DNA from: an uncultured Gemmatimonadales bacterium | Lineage (GTDB): Bacteria; Gemmatimonadota; Gemmatimonadetes; Gemmatimonadales; GWC2-71-9 | Length of the DNA stretch: 64,000 nucleotides | Assembly (NCBI GenBank): GCA_963709905.1 | Contig: CAVPYI010000001.1 | Span: 595,329 to 659,328, forward strand | Direction: 5' to 3' | Shown: in pieces, positions 1 to 8,211 of the stretch | Numbering within the stretch: the stretch's first letter is position 1 | How the letters are laid out: every line of letters begins with the position of its first letter | Program-made: the position numbers and the translations under genes | Notes under the pieces: model-generated | What the model was told of the DNA's origin: nothing | Database searches by the model: none | What the model saw: only the letters and a program-made list of their open reading frames with translations

Positions 1-1462
1 TGTCGCTGTAGAGGACCGAGTACTCCAGAATCGAAGTCTCGGGCTTGAGGTCGACGATGCTCCGAACCCGGGACACCCGGGGGTCGGCCTTGAAGGAGTC
101 GGCGAGCGCCCGCAGACCCCGCAGGCCGACTGCCGATGTGACCGACTGCCCCTCCGGCAGCTCGACCAGGATCCGTACGGGCAGGATGATGTTGGCCACT
201 CCCATCCGGTCCAGCGTCTCCACCCCCTGTCCTGCCTCGGTGGCAGTGGGCCACCAGTTGCGGGACGGGAGGCCGATCTTGATCCAGAACACCGGGGCGG
301 TGAGCACCGCGATGATGATCCCACCGATGGCAAGGGCCCGGAGCGGATTGCGGGACAGGCTCCTGGCCCACTTTTCCCAGGCCGTCGGCGCGTGGTACCA
401 GGTGAGCCGCCGCGCCAGCCAGCGGGGTTGGTCGATCTGGCGTCCAAGGACGGCCAGGAGGGCGGGCAGGAGGGTGGTGGAGAGCAGTACCGCGACCGCC
501 ACGACCACCAGGCCGCCGATACCCACGCTCTGGGTTTCGACCAGCGGTGTAAACAGCAGGGCGCCGAAGCCCACCACGACCGTCATCCCCGAGGTGAGCA
601 CCGCCACCCCGGCGGTACTGAGGGCCCGGACCGCCGCTTGGTGGCGGCGCAGCCCCCGGTTCAGTTCCTCCCGGAACCGGGTGACGATGAGCAGGGAGTA
701 GTCGATCCCCACACCCAGCCCCAGCATGGTCGTCATGTTCAGGACGAAGACCGACATCGGGGTGTAGTCGGCGAGAACGACAACGATCGCCAGGGTCACC
801 CAGATCGCCAGAAAGCCCACCACCAGCGGCAGCAGCGCCGCCACCAGCGCCCCGAACGCGAGGAGCAGGATCCCGGCCGTGAGTGGCAGCAGCCGTATTT
901 CCCCGCGCTGGCTGTCGGCGGCGACGACATTGCGCACATCCAGGTCGAGCGGTGACCGGCCGGTGACCCGCACCTTGCACCTGACGGTGTCCACCCCGGT
1001 CTGGGCGATCGCCTCCGTGACCAGCCGTCGCACCGGGACAACCAGCCGGGCCACGCTGTCGCCGCGTTGGGCGTTGATTGCCAGCACCAGGAATGTCTGG
1101 GTGCCGTCCGCGCTGATGAAAGTCGAGTCGCCCGTGGAACCGAAGGAGGCAACGGTGGAGATGTACGGCTGGCGCTCGAACTTGGCGGTGAGGCTGTCGA
1201 GCAGCGTCGCGGTGGGCGGGATATCGACCCTTCCGGGCGCCTCCACGGTGACCGCGAAGAAGTCGTTGAGGGGCTTGTCAAAACGCTGGCGCAGCAGACC
1301 TTCCGCCGCCCCGGCTTCGGTCGGCACCCGGGTACCGCCCCGGACGTTCAGGACCTCGACCACCTGCGGGGACTTGGCGGCCGCGAGGTAGCCGACCACC
1401 GCCCAGAAGACGATGATCGCCCAGCGCCAGCGGATGAGGGCCCGCGACAAAAGGGATGCCAC
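1..1462 (-). CDS. MMPL/RND-superfamily membrane exporter (N-terminal part; 3' end lies outside the window)
   Basis: The reverse strand is open from the window edge to a GTG at 1460-1462. It is absent from the ORF track because it runs off the edge. My translation reads VASLLSRALIRWRWAIIVFW...GLGVGIDYSLLIVTRFREELNRG...VLLSTTLLPALLAVLG, with several TM stretches and the GIDYxLL..RFREE motif typical of MMPL proteins. The listed + strand ORFs here are Arg/Pro-rich antisense noise. Confidence 0.75.
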   Translation of the reverse strand, partial: MASLLSRALIRWRWAIIVFWAVVGYLAAAKSPQVVEVLNVRGGTRVPTEAGAAEGLLRQRFDKPLNDFFAVTVEAPGRVDIPPTATLLDSLTAKFERQPYISTVASFGSTGDSTFISADGTQTFLVLAINAQRGDSVARLVVPVRRLVTEAIAQTGVDTVRCKVRVTGRSPLDLDVRNVVAADSQRGEIRLLPLTAGILLLAFGALVAALLPLVVGFLAIWVTLAIVVVLADYTPMSVFVLNMTTMLGLGVGIDYSLLIVTRFREELNRGLRRHQAAVRALSTAGVAVLTSGMTVVVGFGALLFTPLVETQSVGIGGLVVVAVAVLLSTTLLPALLAVLGRQIDQPRWLARRLTWYHAPTAWEKWARSLSRNPLRALAIGGIIIAVLTAPVFWIKIGLPSRNWWPTATEAGQGVETLDRMGVANIILPVRILVELPEGQSVTSAVGLRGLRALADSFKADPRVSRVRSIVDLKPETSILEYSVLYSD

Positions 1463-1588
1463 GCGCTGGGGGACTCCCGGGAAATGGGCGGCGGGCGAAA
1501 CGGTGCGGCTCGCGAAAGTCTAGAGTGGGGCTCACCGGGGCGCCAGCCATGGCGCGTCCGGCCGTCAGCCCGCGATATTTCCTGCCGC

Positions 1589-2395
1589 ATGGTCCCACGG
1601 CTGCTTTCGATCCTGCTGCTTGTGCTCCTGACCCTCGCCGTGACGGCGAAGGTCCGGGACGCGCTCAGTCCGCCACCCGCCACGCCACCGCCATCCGCGC
1701 TGGAAGCCGCGCGGGAGCTGACGCTCGCGGCCCCGGGCGATCGCCGTTCCCGGCTGCCGCTGGAGCTGCCGGAGGCCGGGCCCCAGCTCGATTCCCTCGG
1801 ACGGGTGGGCGTCCGGCTCCGCCTCAGGGCGGAGGTCGAGCGCCATTACCTGGATTCGCTGTTCGGGGAAACCGATTCGATCCTCAGGCACTGGCCGGTG
1901 GGCGCGACCACCCGGGCGATCTCCTTCAGCATCGTGCCTGGAACCGGGTCCGATTTCATCCCGGCGATGGTATCCGAAGTCCGCGCCGCCCTGTCGGACT
2001 GGAGTCCGGCGACCGCCGGCCTGCGCTTTCTCGAGCACGAGGACACCGCGACCGCCGCGTTGCTGATCCGCTGGACCGATACGCTCGAATCCGATCGCGC
2101 CGGGGCCACCGACGTGACCTGGGACAAGGCCGGTCGAATCCGCCGCGTGACGGTCTTCCTGGCGACCCACGCTCCGGCCACCGGCCGGCCCTTCGCGCCC
2201 GAGTCGCGTCGCGCCATCGCCCTGCACGAGCTCGGACACGCCCTGGGCCTGCCTCACTCCGCCGATCCCGGCGACGTCATGTATCCCGTGGCGACCGCCA
2301 CCGCCCTGTCGGACCGCGATCGGTTTTCCCTGCGGCTGCTGTACGAGCTGCCCACCGGCTGGATCGGCGCCGCCACCCGGGACGAGCGGCGCTGA
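1589..2395 (+). CDS. secreted matrixin-like (M10 family) zinc metalloprotease
   Basis: C-terminal part of ORF 1067..2395. In-frame ATG at 1589 gives MVPRLLSILLLVLLTLAVTA, a signal-like N-terminus. Zinc-binding motif HELGHALGLPHS followed by a Met-turn (VMYP). Confidence 0.8.
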   Translation: MVPRLLSILLLVLLTLAVTAKVRDALSPPPATPPPSALEAARELTLAAPGDRRSRLPLELPEAGPQLDSLGRVGVRLRLRAEVERHYLDSLFGETDSILRHWPVGATTRAISFSIVPGTGSDFIPAMVSEVRAALSDWSPATAGLRFLEHEDTATAALLIRWTDTLESDRAGATDVTWDKAGRIRRVTVFLATHAPATGRPFAPESRRAIALHELGHALGLPHSADPGDVMYPVATATALSDRDRFSLRLLYELPTGWIGAATRDERR

Positions 2396-2406
2396 TTCGG
2401 CGACCC

Positions 2407-3570
2407 ATGCCGACCCGGACAGGCATCCTGCTCGTTGCCGCGTTCGGACTGGCCCGGGGGGTTCGACCGCCGGAGCTTCACGGCCAGGCCTTCGCCACCG
2501 CGGACTCCATAGTGGAATCCGGGATTGGTCGCGGCATCTACCCGGGCGCCGTGCTGGTCGTCGGTCGGGGCGCAGGCGTGATCCACCAGCGCGGCTTCGG
2601 CCATCTCACCTGGAATACCCGGTCTCCATCGCCATCGCCAGACTCGACCCTCTGGGACCTGGCCTCACTGACCAAGGTTGTCGGGACGACCGCCGCCGTC
2701 CTCCGGCTGGTCCAGAATGGCCGCGTGGATGTCGACGCCCCGGTGACCCGTTACCTCCCCCGGTTCGGGGGGACCACGGACAAGGACCGGGTGACGGTGC
2801 GCCAGCTTCTGGACCACACCAGCGGCCTGCCCAGCTACCTCCAGTTCTTTCGGATCACCCGCTCCAGGGACAGCGCCATCGCCCTCCTGTATCGAACCCC
2901 GCTGCGCCGGCCGCCGGGCACGGTGGTGGAGTACAGCGACCTCAACTTTCTCCTGCTCGGACTGCTGGTCGAGAAGGTCACCGGGGAGGGGCTCGAACCG
3001 TTCGTCACCCGTGAGGTGCTCGAGCCGGCCGGCATGAGCCAGTCAGGTTATCGGGTCTCCCGCGGCATGATGCGGAGCACGGCGCCCAGCGGCCAATGGC
3101 GCGGCCAGCCGGTCTGCTGTCGGGTTAACGACCAGAACGCCGCCCGCATGGGTGGCGCGGCCGGGCACGCCGGCCTTTTCAGCACCGGTCGCGACCTCGC
3201 CCGCTATGCCCGGCTGTGGCTCAACCAGGGGGTCCTGGACGGCCGGCAGGTGTTCGACCCCTCCGCGGTTCGGCTCTTTCTATCGCCCGCCAGCGCCGGG
3301 TCGTCGTCCACCCGGCTGCTGGGCTGGGACCGGCCCGACTCGAGTGGCCGCGACGACTCCGCCTACGGGCGTTTGCTCTCGCCCAGAGCCTACGGACACA
3401 CCGGCTGGACGGGGACCCTGCTGTGGATCGATCCCGAGCGCGACCTCTTCCTCATTCTGCTGTGCAACCGGAGCTTCGGTCCCCGGGTCGCAAACTCGAT
3501 CCGGGAATTGCGCGGAATCCGTGGGGCCCTGGCGGACGCCGTGGTCCGGGAATCGGGCCCGGCTCCCTGA
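2407..3570 (+). CDS. beta-lactamase-fold serine hydrolase (class C / PBP-like)
   Basis: 3' part of ORF 1456..3570. In-frame ATG at 2407 (MPTRTGILLVAAFGLA). SxxK motif in DLASLTKVV; a YSD/YSN-like element in VVEYSDLNF; HTGWTG near the C-terminus (KTG/HTG box). Confidence 0.85.
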   Translation: MPTRTGILLVAAFGLARGVRPPELHGQAFATADSIVESGIGRGIYPGAVLVVGRGAGVIHQRGFGHLTWNTRSPSPSPDSTLWDLASLTKVVGTTAAVLRLVQNGRVDVDAPVTRYLPRFGGTTDKDRVTVRQLLDHTSGLPSYLQFFRITRSRDSAIALLYRTPLRRPPGTVVEYSDLNFLLLGLLVEKVTGEGLEPFVTREVLEPAGMSQSGYRVSRGMMRSTAPSGQWRGQPVCCRVNDQNAARMGGAAGHAGLFSTGRDLARYARLWLNQGVLDGRQVFDPSAVRLFLSPASAGSSSTRLLGWDRPDSSGRDDSAYGRLLSPRAYGHTGWTGTLLWIDPERDLFLILLCNRSFGPRVANSIRELRGIRGALADAVVRESGPAP

Positions 3571-3621
3571 GGCGGCCCGCTCCGGGATGACACCTCCTGC
3601 CCCGAGCGCTACCATTCATCC

Positions 3622-3933
3622 ATGGAGACCGCCGGCCAGACCCCCGAATCCGTCAGGAAAGCGCTTCGCGGCGTCAAAGACCCGGAGCTCAACCTGAACA
3701 TCATCGACATCGGGCTCGTGTACGATGTCACGATCAGTGATGCCGGCGATGTCCACGTGTCGATGACCCTCACCTCCCCGGGATGTCCCGCCGGCCCGGA
3801 AATCGTGGGTGACGTCAAGCGGACCATCGAGGACCTCGAGGGCGTGAATTCGGTCGAGGTGGAAATCGTCTGGGAGCCCTACTGGACTCCCGAGAAGATG
3901 GACCCCCGGATCCGGGCGTTCCTGGGCGGCTGA
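3622..3933 (+). CDS. DUF59 / SufT-like Fe-S assembly protein
   Basis: 103 aa: VKDPELNLNIIDIGLVYDV...TLTSPGCPAGPEI...VEIVWEPYWTPEKM. This is the typical MIP18/DUF59 signature, including the conserved Cys. Confidence 0.9.
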   Translation: METAGQTPESVRKALRGVKDPELNLNIIDIGLVYDVTISDAGDVHVSMTLTSPGCPAGPEIVGDVKRTIEDLEGVNSVEVEIVWEPYWTPEKMDPRIRAFLGG

Positions 3934-3961
3934 GCCGGGACCCGGTCGCCCTCCTCCCGCA

Positions 3962-5113
3962 TCACGCCTGTAACGCCTTCAACAGATCCTCCCCGACAAC
4001 GCTCCGCTGCCAGTTCCGCATTCCCTCGATCTGCGCCAGCTCCGCGAGCTGTCTGGGCTCCAGCCGTGCGATGGCCTCCAGTACGCCGTTGGGGCACAGC
4101 ACCCCCGGGGCGAGAACCAGCCGTTCGGCTATGGCGTTGCGGGTTGCCTTGAGTCGCTCCAGCCGCCCTTCGTAGGCCGCATCCGGCGCCGGCCGCCGGC
4201 CGCGCTCGAACTCGGGGATCCGCTCCGGGGGCGCCGTGGCCCCTTCGCGAACCGCTTCCAGAACCTCGACGCCCCGCCGCCGCAGCTGCTCGCCCGAGAG
4301 CGCCTTGAGCTCGCGGAGCGCAGGCTCGTCCGCCGGCATGGTCTTCGCGATGGCCAGCATCGCGTCGTTCATGAGCACCCGGAACGGCGCCCGGTCGAGC
4401 GCGCGCGATGTGCGCTCCCGCCATTCGAACAGTGTGCGCAACACGGCAAGCTGCTGCCCCTTGAGCCGTCTCGCCCCCTTGAGGCGGAGGTATGCTTCCT
4501 CCGGCGGCCGGACCGGAGTCCAGCGAACCGTTTCCAGCAGCCGGAATTCTTCTTCCGCCCAGCTCCACCGCCCCGCCGCGACCAGTTTCTCCTTGAGGAT
4601 GTCCCGCAGGGCGGGGAGGTAGCGTGTGTCGTCCGCGGCGTACTGCAGCATGTCCGGCTGAAGCGGACGCTCCGACCAGTCGGCGCGCTGGTACTTCTTG
4701 TCGAGACTGATGTCGAGATACTTGGCCAGCAGCGCGGCCAAGCCGATACCCGGCTCGTTGAGCAGTTGAGCCGCGACCCGGGTGTCGAACAGACTGACCG
4801 CCGAGAATCCGTAGTCGCGATGGAGGATGCGGAGGTCGTAGTCCGCATCGTGGAACAGCTTCTCCACTCCGGCGTCGCCGAGGACCCTGCCGAGGTGGCC
4901 CAGATCCCCGACGGCGAGCGGATCGACCACGGCGGTGACGTCACGGGTTGACAGCTGAAGCAGGTAGACCCGATCCCGGTAGCGGTGAAAACTCGCCGCC
5001 TCCGTATCGACCGCCAGCAGGGGGGCTCGCGCGAGCGTGTCCGCGAAACGGTCGAAGTCGGTCTGACTCTGGAGGTGCAGGAACTCCCGCCGCGGCAGGG
5101 GCCCGCTACTCAC
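3962..5113 (-). CDS. rnd: ribonuclease D
   Basis: 383 aa with a DEDD 3'-5' exonuclease core (LAVDTEAASFHRY...LFHDADYDLRIL...YAADDTRYL) and a C-terminal HRDC-like region. Confidence 0.9.
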   Translation of the reverse strand: MSSGPLPRREFLHLQSQTDFDRFADTLARAPLLAVDTEAASFHRYRDRVYLLQLSTRDVTAVVDPLAVGDLGHLGRVLGDAGVEKLFHDADYDLRILHRDYGFSAVSLFDTRVAAQLLNEPGIGLAALLAKYLDISLDKKYQRADWSERPLQPDMLQYAADDTRYLPALRDILKEKLVAAGRWSWAEEEFRLLETVRWTPVRPPEEAYLRLKGARRLKGQQLAVLRTLFEWRERTSRALDRAPFRVLMNDAMLAIAKTMPADEPALRELKALSGEQLRRRGVEVLEAVREGATAPPERIPEFERGRRPAPDAAYEGRLERLKATRNAIAERLVLAPGVLCPNGVLEAIARLEPRQLAELAQIEGMRNWQRSVVGEDLLKALQA

Positions 5114-5276
5114 GCGCGCTCACCATCTCCAACCCAGCGGCGATCTCATCGAGGGCCTTGGACAGGGTCTTGTAGAACTCGGCGTCGGGCTCGGGCTTCT
5201 CGCCCATCGCCGCGTCCATCTGAAGCTTGCGCGCGAGCTTGGCGGCGTGGCGAATGTAGTCGGTGGCTGGTTTCAT
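5106..5276 (-). CDS. small helical hypothetical protein, translationally coupled to rnd
   Basis: Internal ATG at 5276 of ORF 5106..5378 gives the 56-aa product MKPATDYIRHAAKLARKLQMDAAMGEKPEPDAEFYKTLSKALDEIAAGLEMVSARE. Its stop overlaps the rnd start by 8 nt. No family recognised. Confidence 0.5.
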   Translation of the reverse strand: MKPATDYIRHAAKLARKLQMDAAMGEKPEPDAEFYKTLSKALDEIAAGLEMVSARE

Positions 5277-5320
5277 GGTCGTCGCCGTTCGATTGGCGGG
5301 AATGACGCGTGGCGCCGGCT

Positions 5321-5390
5321 GATTGACGATTGATGGCGACGTCCCGATGATTGGCCACGTCGCCATGGGTTGAATCAATCACGGTCAATC
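5321..5390. promoter_or_regulatory. extended dyad-symmetric element in a divergent promoter region
   Basis: Perfect 10-bp inverted repeat ATGGCGACGT (5333-5342) / ACGTCGCCAT (5357-5366). It is flanked by GATTGA x2 (5321-5333) on the left and TCAATC x2 (5375-5390) on the right. Confidence 0.45.
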
Positions 5391-6461
5391 GTCACTCGTC
5401 AAATCAGCGATCTTCCAAGGCTCCCCGTGCCTCCCCTGCTCGACCTGCTCCGCACGCGCCCGGCCCGGGTCGAGCTGTGCGCGCTCCCCTCTCCGCTCGA
5501 ATCCCACCCGGCGCTCGCCCGGCGCCTGGGGGTGGACGCCGTACTCATCAAGCGCGATGACCTGAACGGCGCCGCCCACGGCGGCAACAAGCTCCGCGGG
5601 CTGGAGTGGCTCCTGCCCGGCTGCGGCCCGGCGATCGTCACCATGGGCGGCTACGGCTCCACCTGGTGCGCGGCGCTGGCAACCGCGGCCGCGGTCCGCG
5701 GCCAGCGGTGCTACCCTGCCCTCTTCCCCCAGCCTTGGTCGTCGGATGTCGCGGGTATGCTGTCCACCACGCTCCGCCGCGCGGAGGTCAGCATCGCCGG
5801 AAGCCGATCCGCCCTCCCCTACGCGGTGGCCCGGGCCTGGCTCCGCGCCCGCCGGACCGGTCCGGTCAGCTGGCTCCCGGCCGGTGGTGCCACGCCACTC
5901 GCCGGCCTTGGTGGGGTGAATGCGGCCCTGGAGTTCGCCGATCAGGTGCATGAGCTGGGTATCGAGCGACCCGATGCGATCGTCGTGCCCTTCGGCTCGG
6001 GTGCCACCGCCGCGGGGCTCCTGGTCGGCCTGTGGATTTGCGGCTGGGAGGCCGAGGTGTGCGCCGTGCGGGTGACCGATCCCTGGTTCGCCTCGCGGCG
6101 CCGGCTGATACGTCTCGCGGGCCGGATCATACGGCTGCTGAAGACCTTCGGCCTCCCGGTGTCACCCGGCCCGGCTCGGGTGCGCGTCCTGGGCCAGCAT
6201 CTCGGCGACGGCTACGGGCACCCGACGGCGGAGGCCCGTCACGCCCGCAACACGATGGCGGAGATCGGCGTTGCGCTGGACCTGACCTACAGCGCCAAGG
6301 CGTGGGCCGCGCTGAGTTCGCTGGCCGGTTCCTTTCGGCGCATCACGTTCTGGCATACCTTTGACCAACGGCTCCTGTCGCCACCGCTGGAGGAGCATCC
6401 ACTCTTCCGCCAAGCACGCGCGCACTCGGATTCTTCGTGGCCCCACCTGAAATCGACCTGA
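5370..6461 (+). CDS. PLP-dependent ACC deaminase / D-cysteine desulfhydrase family enzyme
   Basis: The sequence LPSPLESHPALARRLGVDAVLIKRDDLNGAAHGGNKLRGLEWLL matches the PTPL...KRDD...GGNKxRKLE signature of this family. The true start may be the GTG at 5427, preceded by AAGG, because the first 57 nt overlap the dyad element. Confidence 0.8.
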   Translation: MNQSRSIVTRQISDLPRLPVPPLLDLLRTRPARVELCALPSPLESHPALARRLGVDAVLIKRDDLNGAAHGGNKLRGLEWLLPGCGPAIVTMGGYGSTWCAALATAAAVRGQRCYPALFPQPWSSDVAGMLSTTLRRAEVSIAGSRSALPYAVARAWLRARRTGPVSWLPAGGATPLAGLGGVNAALEFADQVHELGIERPDAIVVPFGSGATAAGLLVGLWICGWEAEVCAVRVTDPWFASRRRLIRLAGRIIRLLKTFGLPVSPGPARVRVLGQHLGDGYGHPTAEARHARNTMAEIGVALDLTYSAKAWAALSSLAGSFRRITFWHTFDQRLLSPPLEEHPLFRQARAHSDSSWPHLKST

Positions 6462-7651
6462 CGGTCTATCCGGACGAATGCGACGCCTACGGCCACCTCA
6501 ACCAGGCGTCCTTTCTTGCTCTGTTCGAGCGCGCCCGCTGGGAAATGCTGGCCCGTGGCCCCGGCATGGATCTGTTCACCAAACACGGTGCGTGGCCGGC
6601 GGTTCGAAAGTCCGTGGTCGAGTACCATACCCCGGCCTTCCCCGGGGATGTGCTCCGGTTCGTCCAGGTCCTCGTGCACCTCGGCCGGACCAGCTTCACG
6701 CTGCGCCAGACGGCACGACGGCTCCGGGACGACACCCTCGTCGCCACGGCGGAACTGGTGTTCGTGTGCGTGAACCAGCAGGGCGCACCGGTCCCGGTAC
6801 CCGACTCCCTCCCGCAACTGATGGCGGACCGTCAACTCGGCGGGAATCTGCGACGCATTGCCGTCAACGGAGTCAACCTCGCTGTCGATGTTCGTGGTCA
6901 GGGTTCCCCCGCGATCCTCTTCATTCACGGCTATCCGCTCAACCATTCGGTCTGGGAGCACCAGCTCGCCCACCTCGATGGCATGCGGATCGCACCGGAT
7001 CTGCGCGGCATGGGACAGTCCGACGCGCCGGACCTTGGCTACAGCATGGCGACCTACGCCGAGGATCTGCTGGCGCTGCTGAACACCCTGGGGGTGGACC
7101 GGGCGGTTCTCTGCGGTGTGTCGATGGGCGGATATGTCGCCTTCGAGATGCTGCGGCGCGCCCGGGACCGGGTGCAGGCCCTGGTGCTGATGAACACCCG
7201 GGCCGAGGCCGACACGGTTGAAGGCCGCAAGGCCCGGGATGCCTCGGCCGCCCAGGCTCGCGAAGGCGGCGCCGAATCGATTGCCGCGTCCATGTTGCCG
7301 AAGGTACTGGCTCGCACGGCGCCGGCCGAGGCTCCCGCGCTGGTCGAGCGCATCCGGGTGATGATGGAAGGCACCCCGGTGTCCGGCATTCTGGGCGCCC
7401 TCGCCGCCTTGCGTGATCGCCCGGACAGCGTGCCCTTGCTGCCGACCCTGACGGCGCTTCCCACGCTGGTCGTGGCCGGCGACGACGACCAGATCATCCC
7501 CCCCGATCACGCACGCTCGATTTCGAAAGCCATTCCCGACGCCAGGCTCGCCCTGATCAAGGGGGCCGGCCACCTCTCGCCGGTCGAGCGGCCGGAAGAG
7601 GTCACGGCGCTCCTGGCGGAGTTTCTTGCCGGCCTGGGGCGCGCGGGGTAG
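6437..7651 (+). CDS. fusion protein: hotdog-fold acyl-CoA thioesterase (YbgC/4HBT-like) + alpha/beta hydrolase
   Basis: The N-terminal ~135 aa (YPDECDAYGHLNQASFLALFERARWEML...) is 4HBT-like. The C-terminal ~265 aa has ILFIHGYPLNHSVWEHQ and the nucleophile elbow GVSMGG. GTG start; overlaps the upstream gene by 25 nt. Confidence 0.8.
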   Translation: MAPPEIDLTVYPDECDAYGHLNQASFLALFERARWEMLARGPGMDLFTKHGAWPAVRKSVVEYHTPAFPGDVLRFVQVLVHLGRTSFTLRQTARRLRDDTLVATAELVFVCVNQQGAPVPVPDSLPQLMADRQLGGNLRRIAVNGVNLAVDVRGQGSPAILFIHGYPLNHSVWEHQLAHLDGMRIAPDLRGMGQSDAPDLGYSMATYAEDLLALLNTLGVDRAVLCGVSMGGYVAFEMLRRARDRVQALVLMNTRAEADTVEGRKARDASAAQAREGGAESIAASMLPKVLARTAPAEAPALVERIRVMMEGTPVSGILGALAALRDRPDSVPLLPTLTALPTLVVAGDDDQIIPPDHARSISKAIPDARLALIKGAGHLSPVERPEEVTALLAEFLAGLGRAG

Positions 7652-7750
7652 GCCTGCAACTTTTCCTCGCGTTCCGGCGTCTATACCGGTGAGTGACGGA
7701 CAGCCCACCTCAGGTGGCACCGCCGCTCGAGTACAACCCTTCCTTACACG

Positions 7751-7785
7751 CCCCGGAACCGCGGCCATGCAGTACGGTTCCGGGG
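7751..7785 (+). terminator. stem-loop downstream of the thioesterase-hydrolase gene
   Basis: 11-bp perfect stem CCCCGGAACCG (7751-7761) / CGGTTCCGGGG (7775-7785) with a 13-nt loop. There is no clear U-tract. Confidence 0.5.
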
Positions 7786-7826
7786 CGCCTCTCTTCCCGG
7801 ACCCGGCCGTTTCCGGTTGAACTGAA

Positions 7827-7856
7827 GACCCCCTCGGGTCTTCACCCGAGGGGGTC
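7827..7856 (-). terminator. stem-loop downstream of the ferredoxin gene (possibly bidirectional)
   Basis: 13-bp perfect stem GACCCCCTCGGGT (7827-7839) / ACCCGAGGGGGTC (7844-7856) with the 4-nt loop CTTC. It lies between convergent genes, and on the minus strand it is followed by TTCAGTT. Confidence 0.7.
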
Positions 7857-7885
7857 GTCGACGTACCGGTGGCGGGAATCGGCCG

Positions 7886-8149
7886 CTATTTCTTGGGCTT
7901 TCCCGGCGGGTTGTCGCTGTTGAAGATCTCTTTGTTTTTCTCGATGTAGGCCTGCATGTTCGCCGGGACATCTTCCTCCGGGAAGATGGCCGTGACCGGG
8001 CACTCCGGTTCGCATGCCCCGCAGTCGATGCATTCATCCGGGTGGATGTACAGCATGTCCTCGCCCTCGTAGATGCAGTCTACGGGGCATACGTCCACGC
8101 AGCCGCGATCCTTGACGCCGATGCAGGCTTCAGTGATCACGTAGGTCAT
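7886..8149 (-). CDS. fdxA: 7Fe-type ferredoxin
   Basis: 87 aa: [27 protein letters not shown]...[16 protein letters not shown]. This carries the classical CxxCxxCxxxCP and 3Fe cluster motifs. Confidence 0.95.
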   Translation of the reverse strand: MTYVITEACIGVKDRGCVDVCPVDCIYEGEDMLYIHPDECIDCGACEPECPVTAIFPEEDVPANMQAYIEKNKEIFNSDNPPGKPKK

Positions 8150-8211
8150 GCCACCACTCCTATGCCGGGTTACACCGACGATGAACTGCGCGGAACGCGG
8201 AAGTCGCCGGG

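Noticed and set aside
1456-2406. N-terminal 317 codons of ORF 1456..3570, and the analogous upstream extensions of ORFs 1067..2395, 22482..23072, 24368..25546, 49044..49973 and 56548..57987.
   Set aside because: The extensions overlap the preceding real genes out of frame and have Arg/Pro-rich composition. Each has an internal start giving a sensible signal peptide or family N-terminus. I trimmed these genes to the internal starts.
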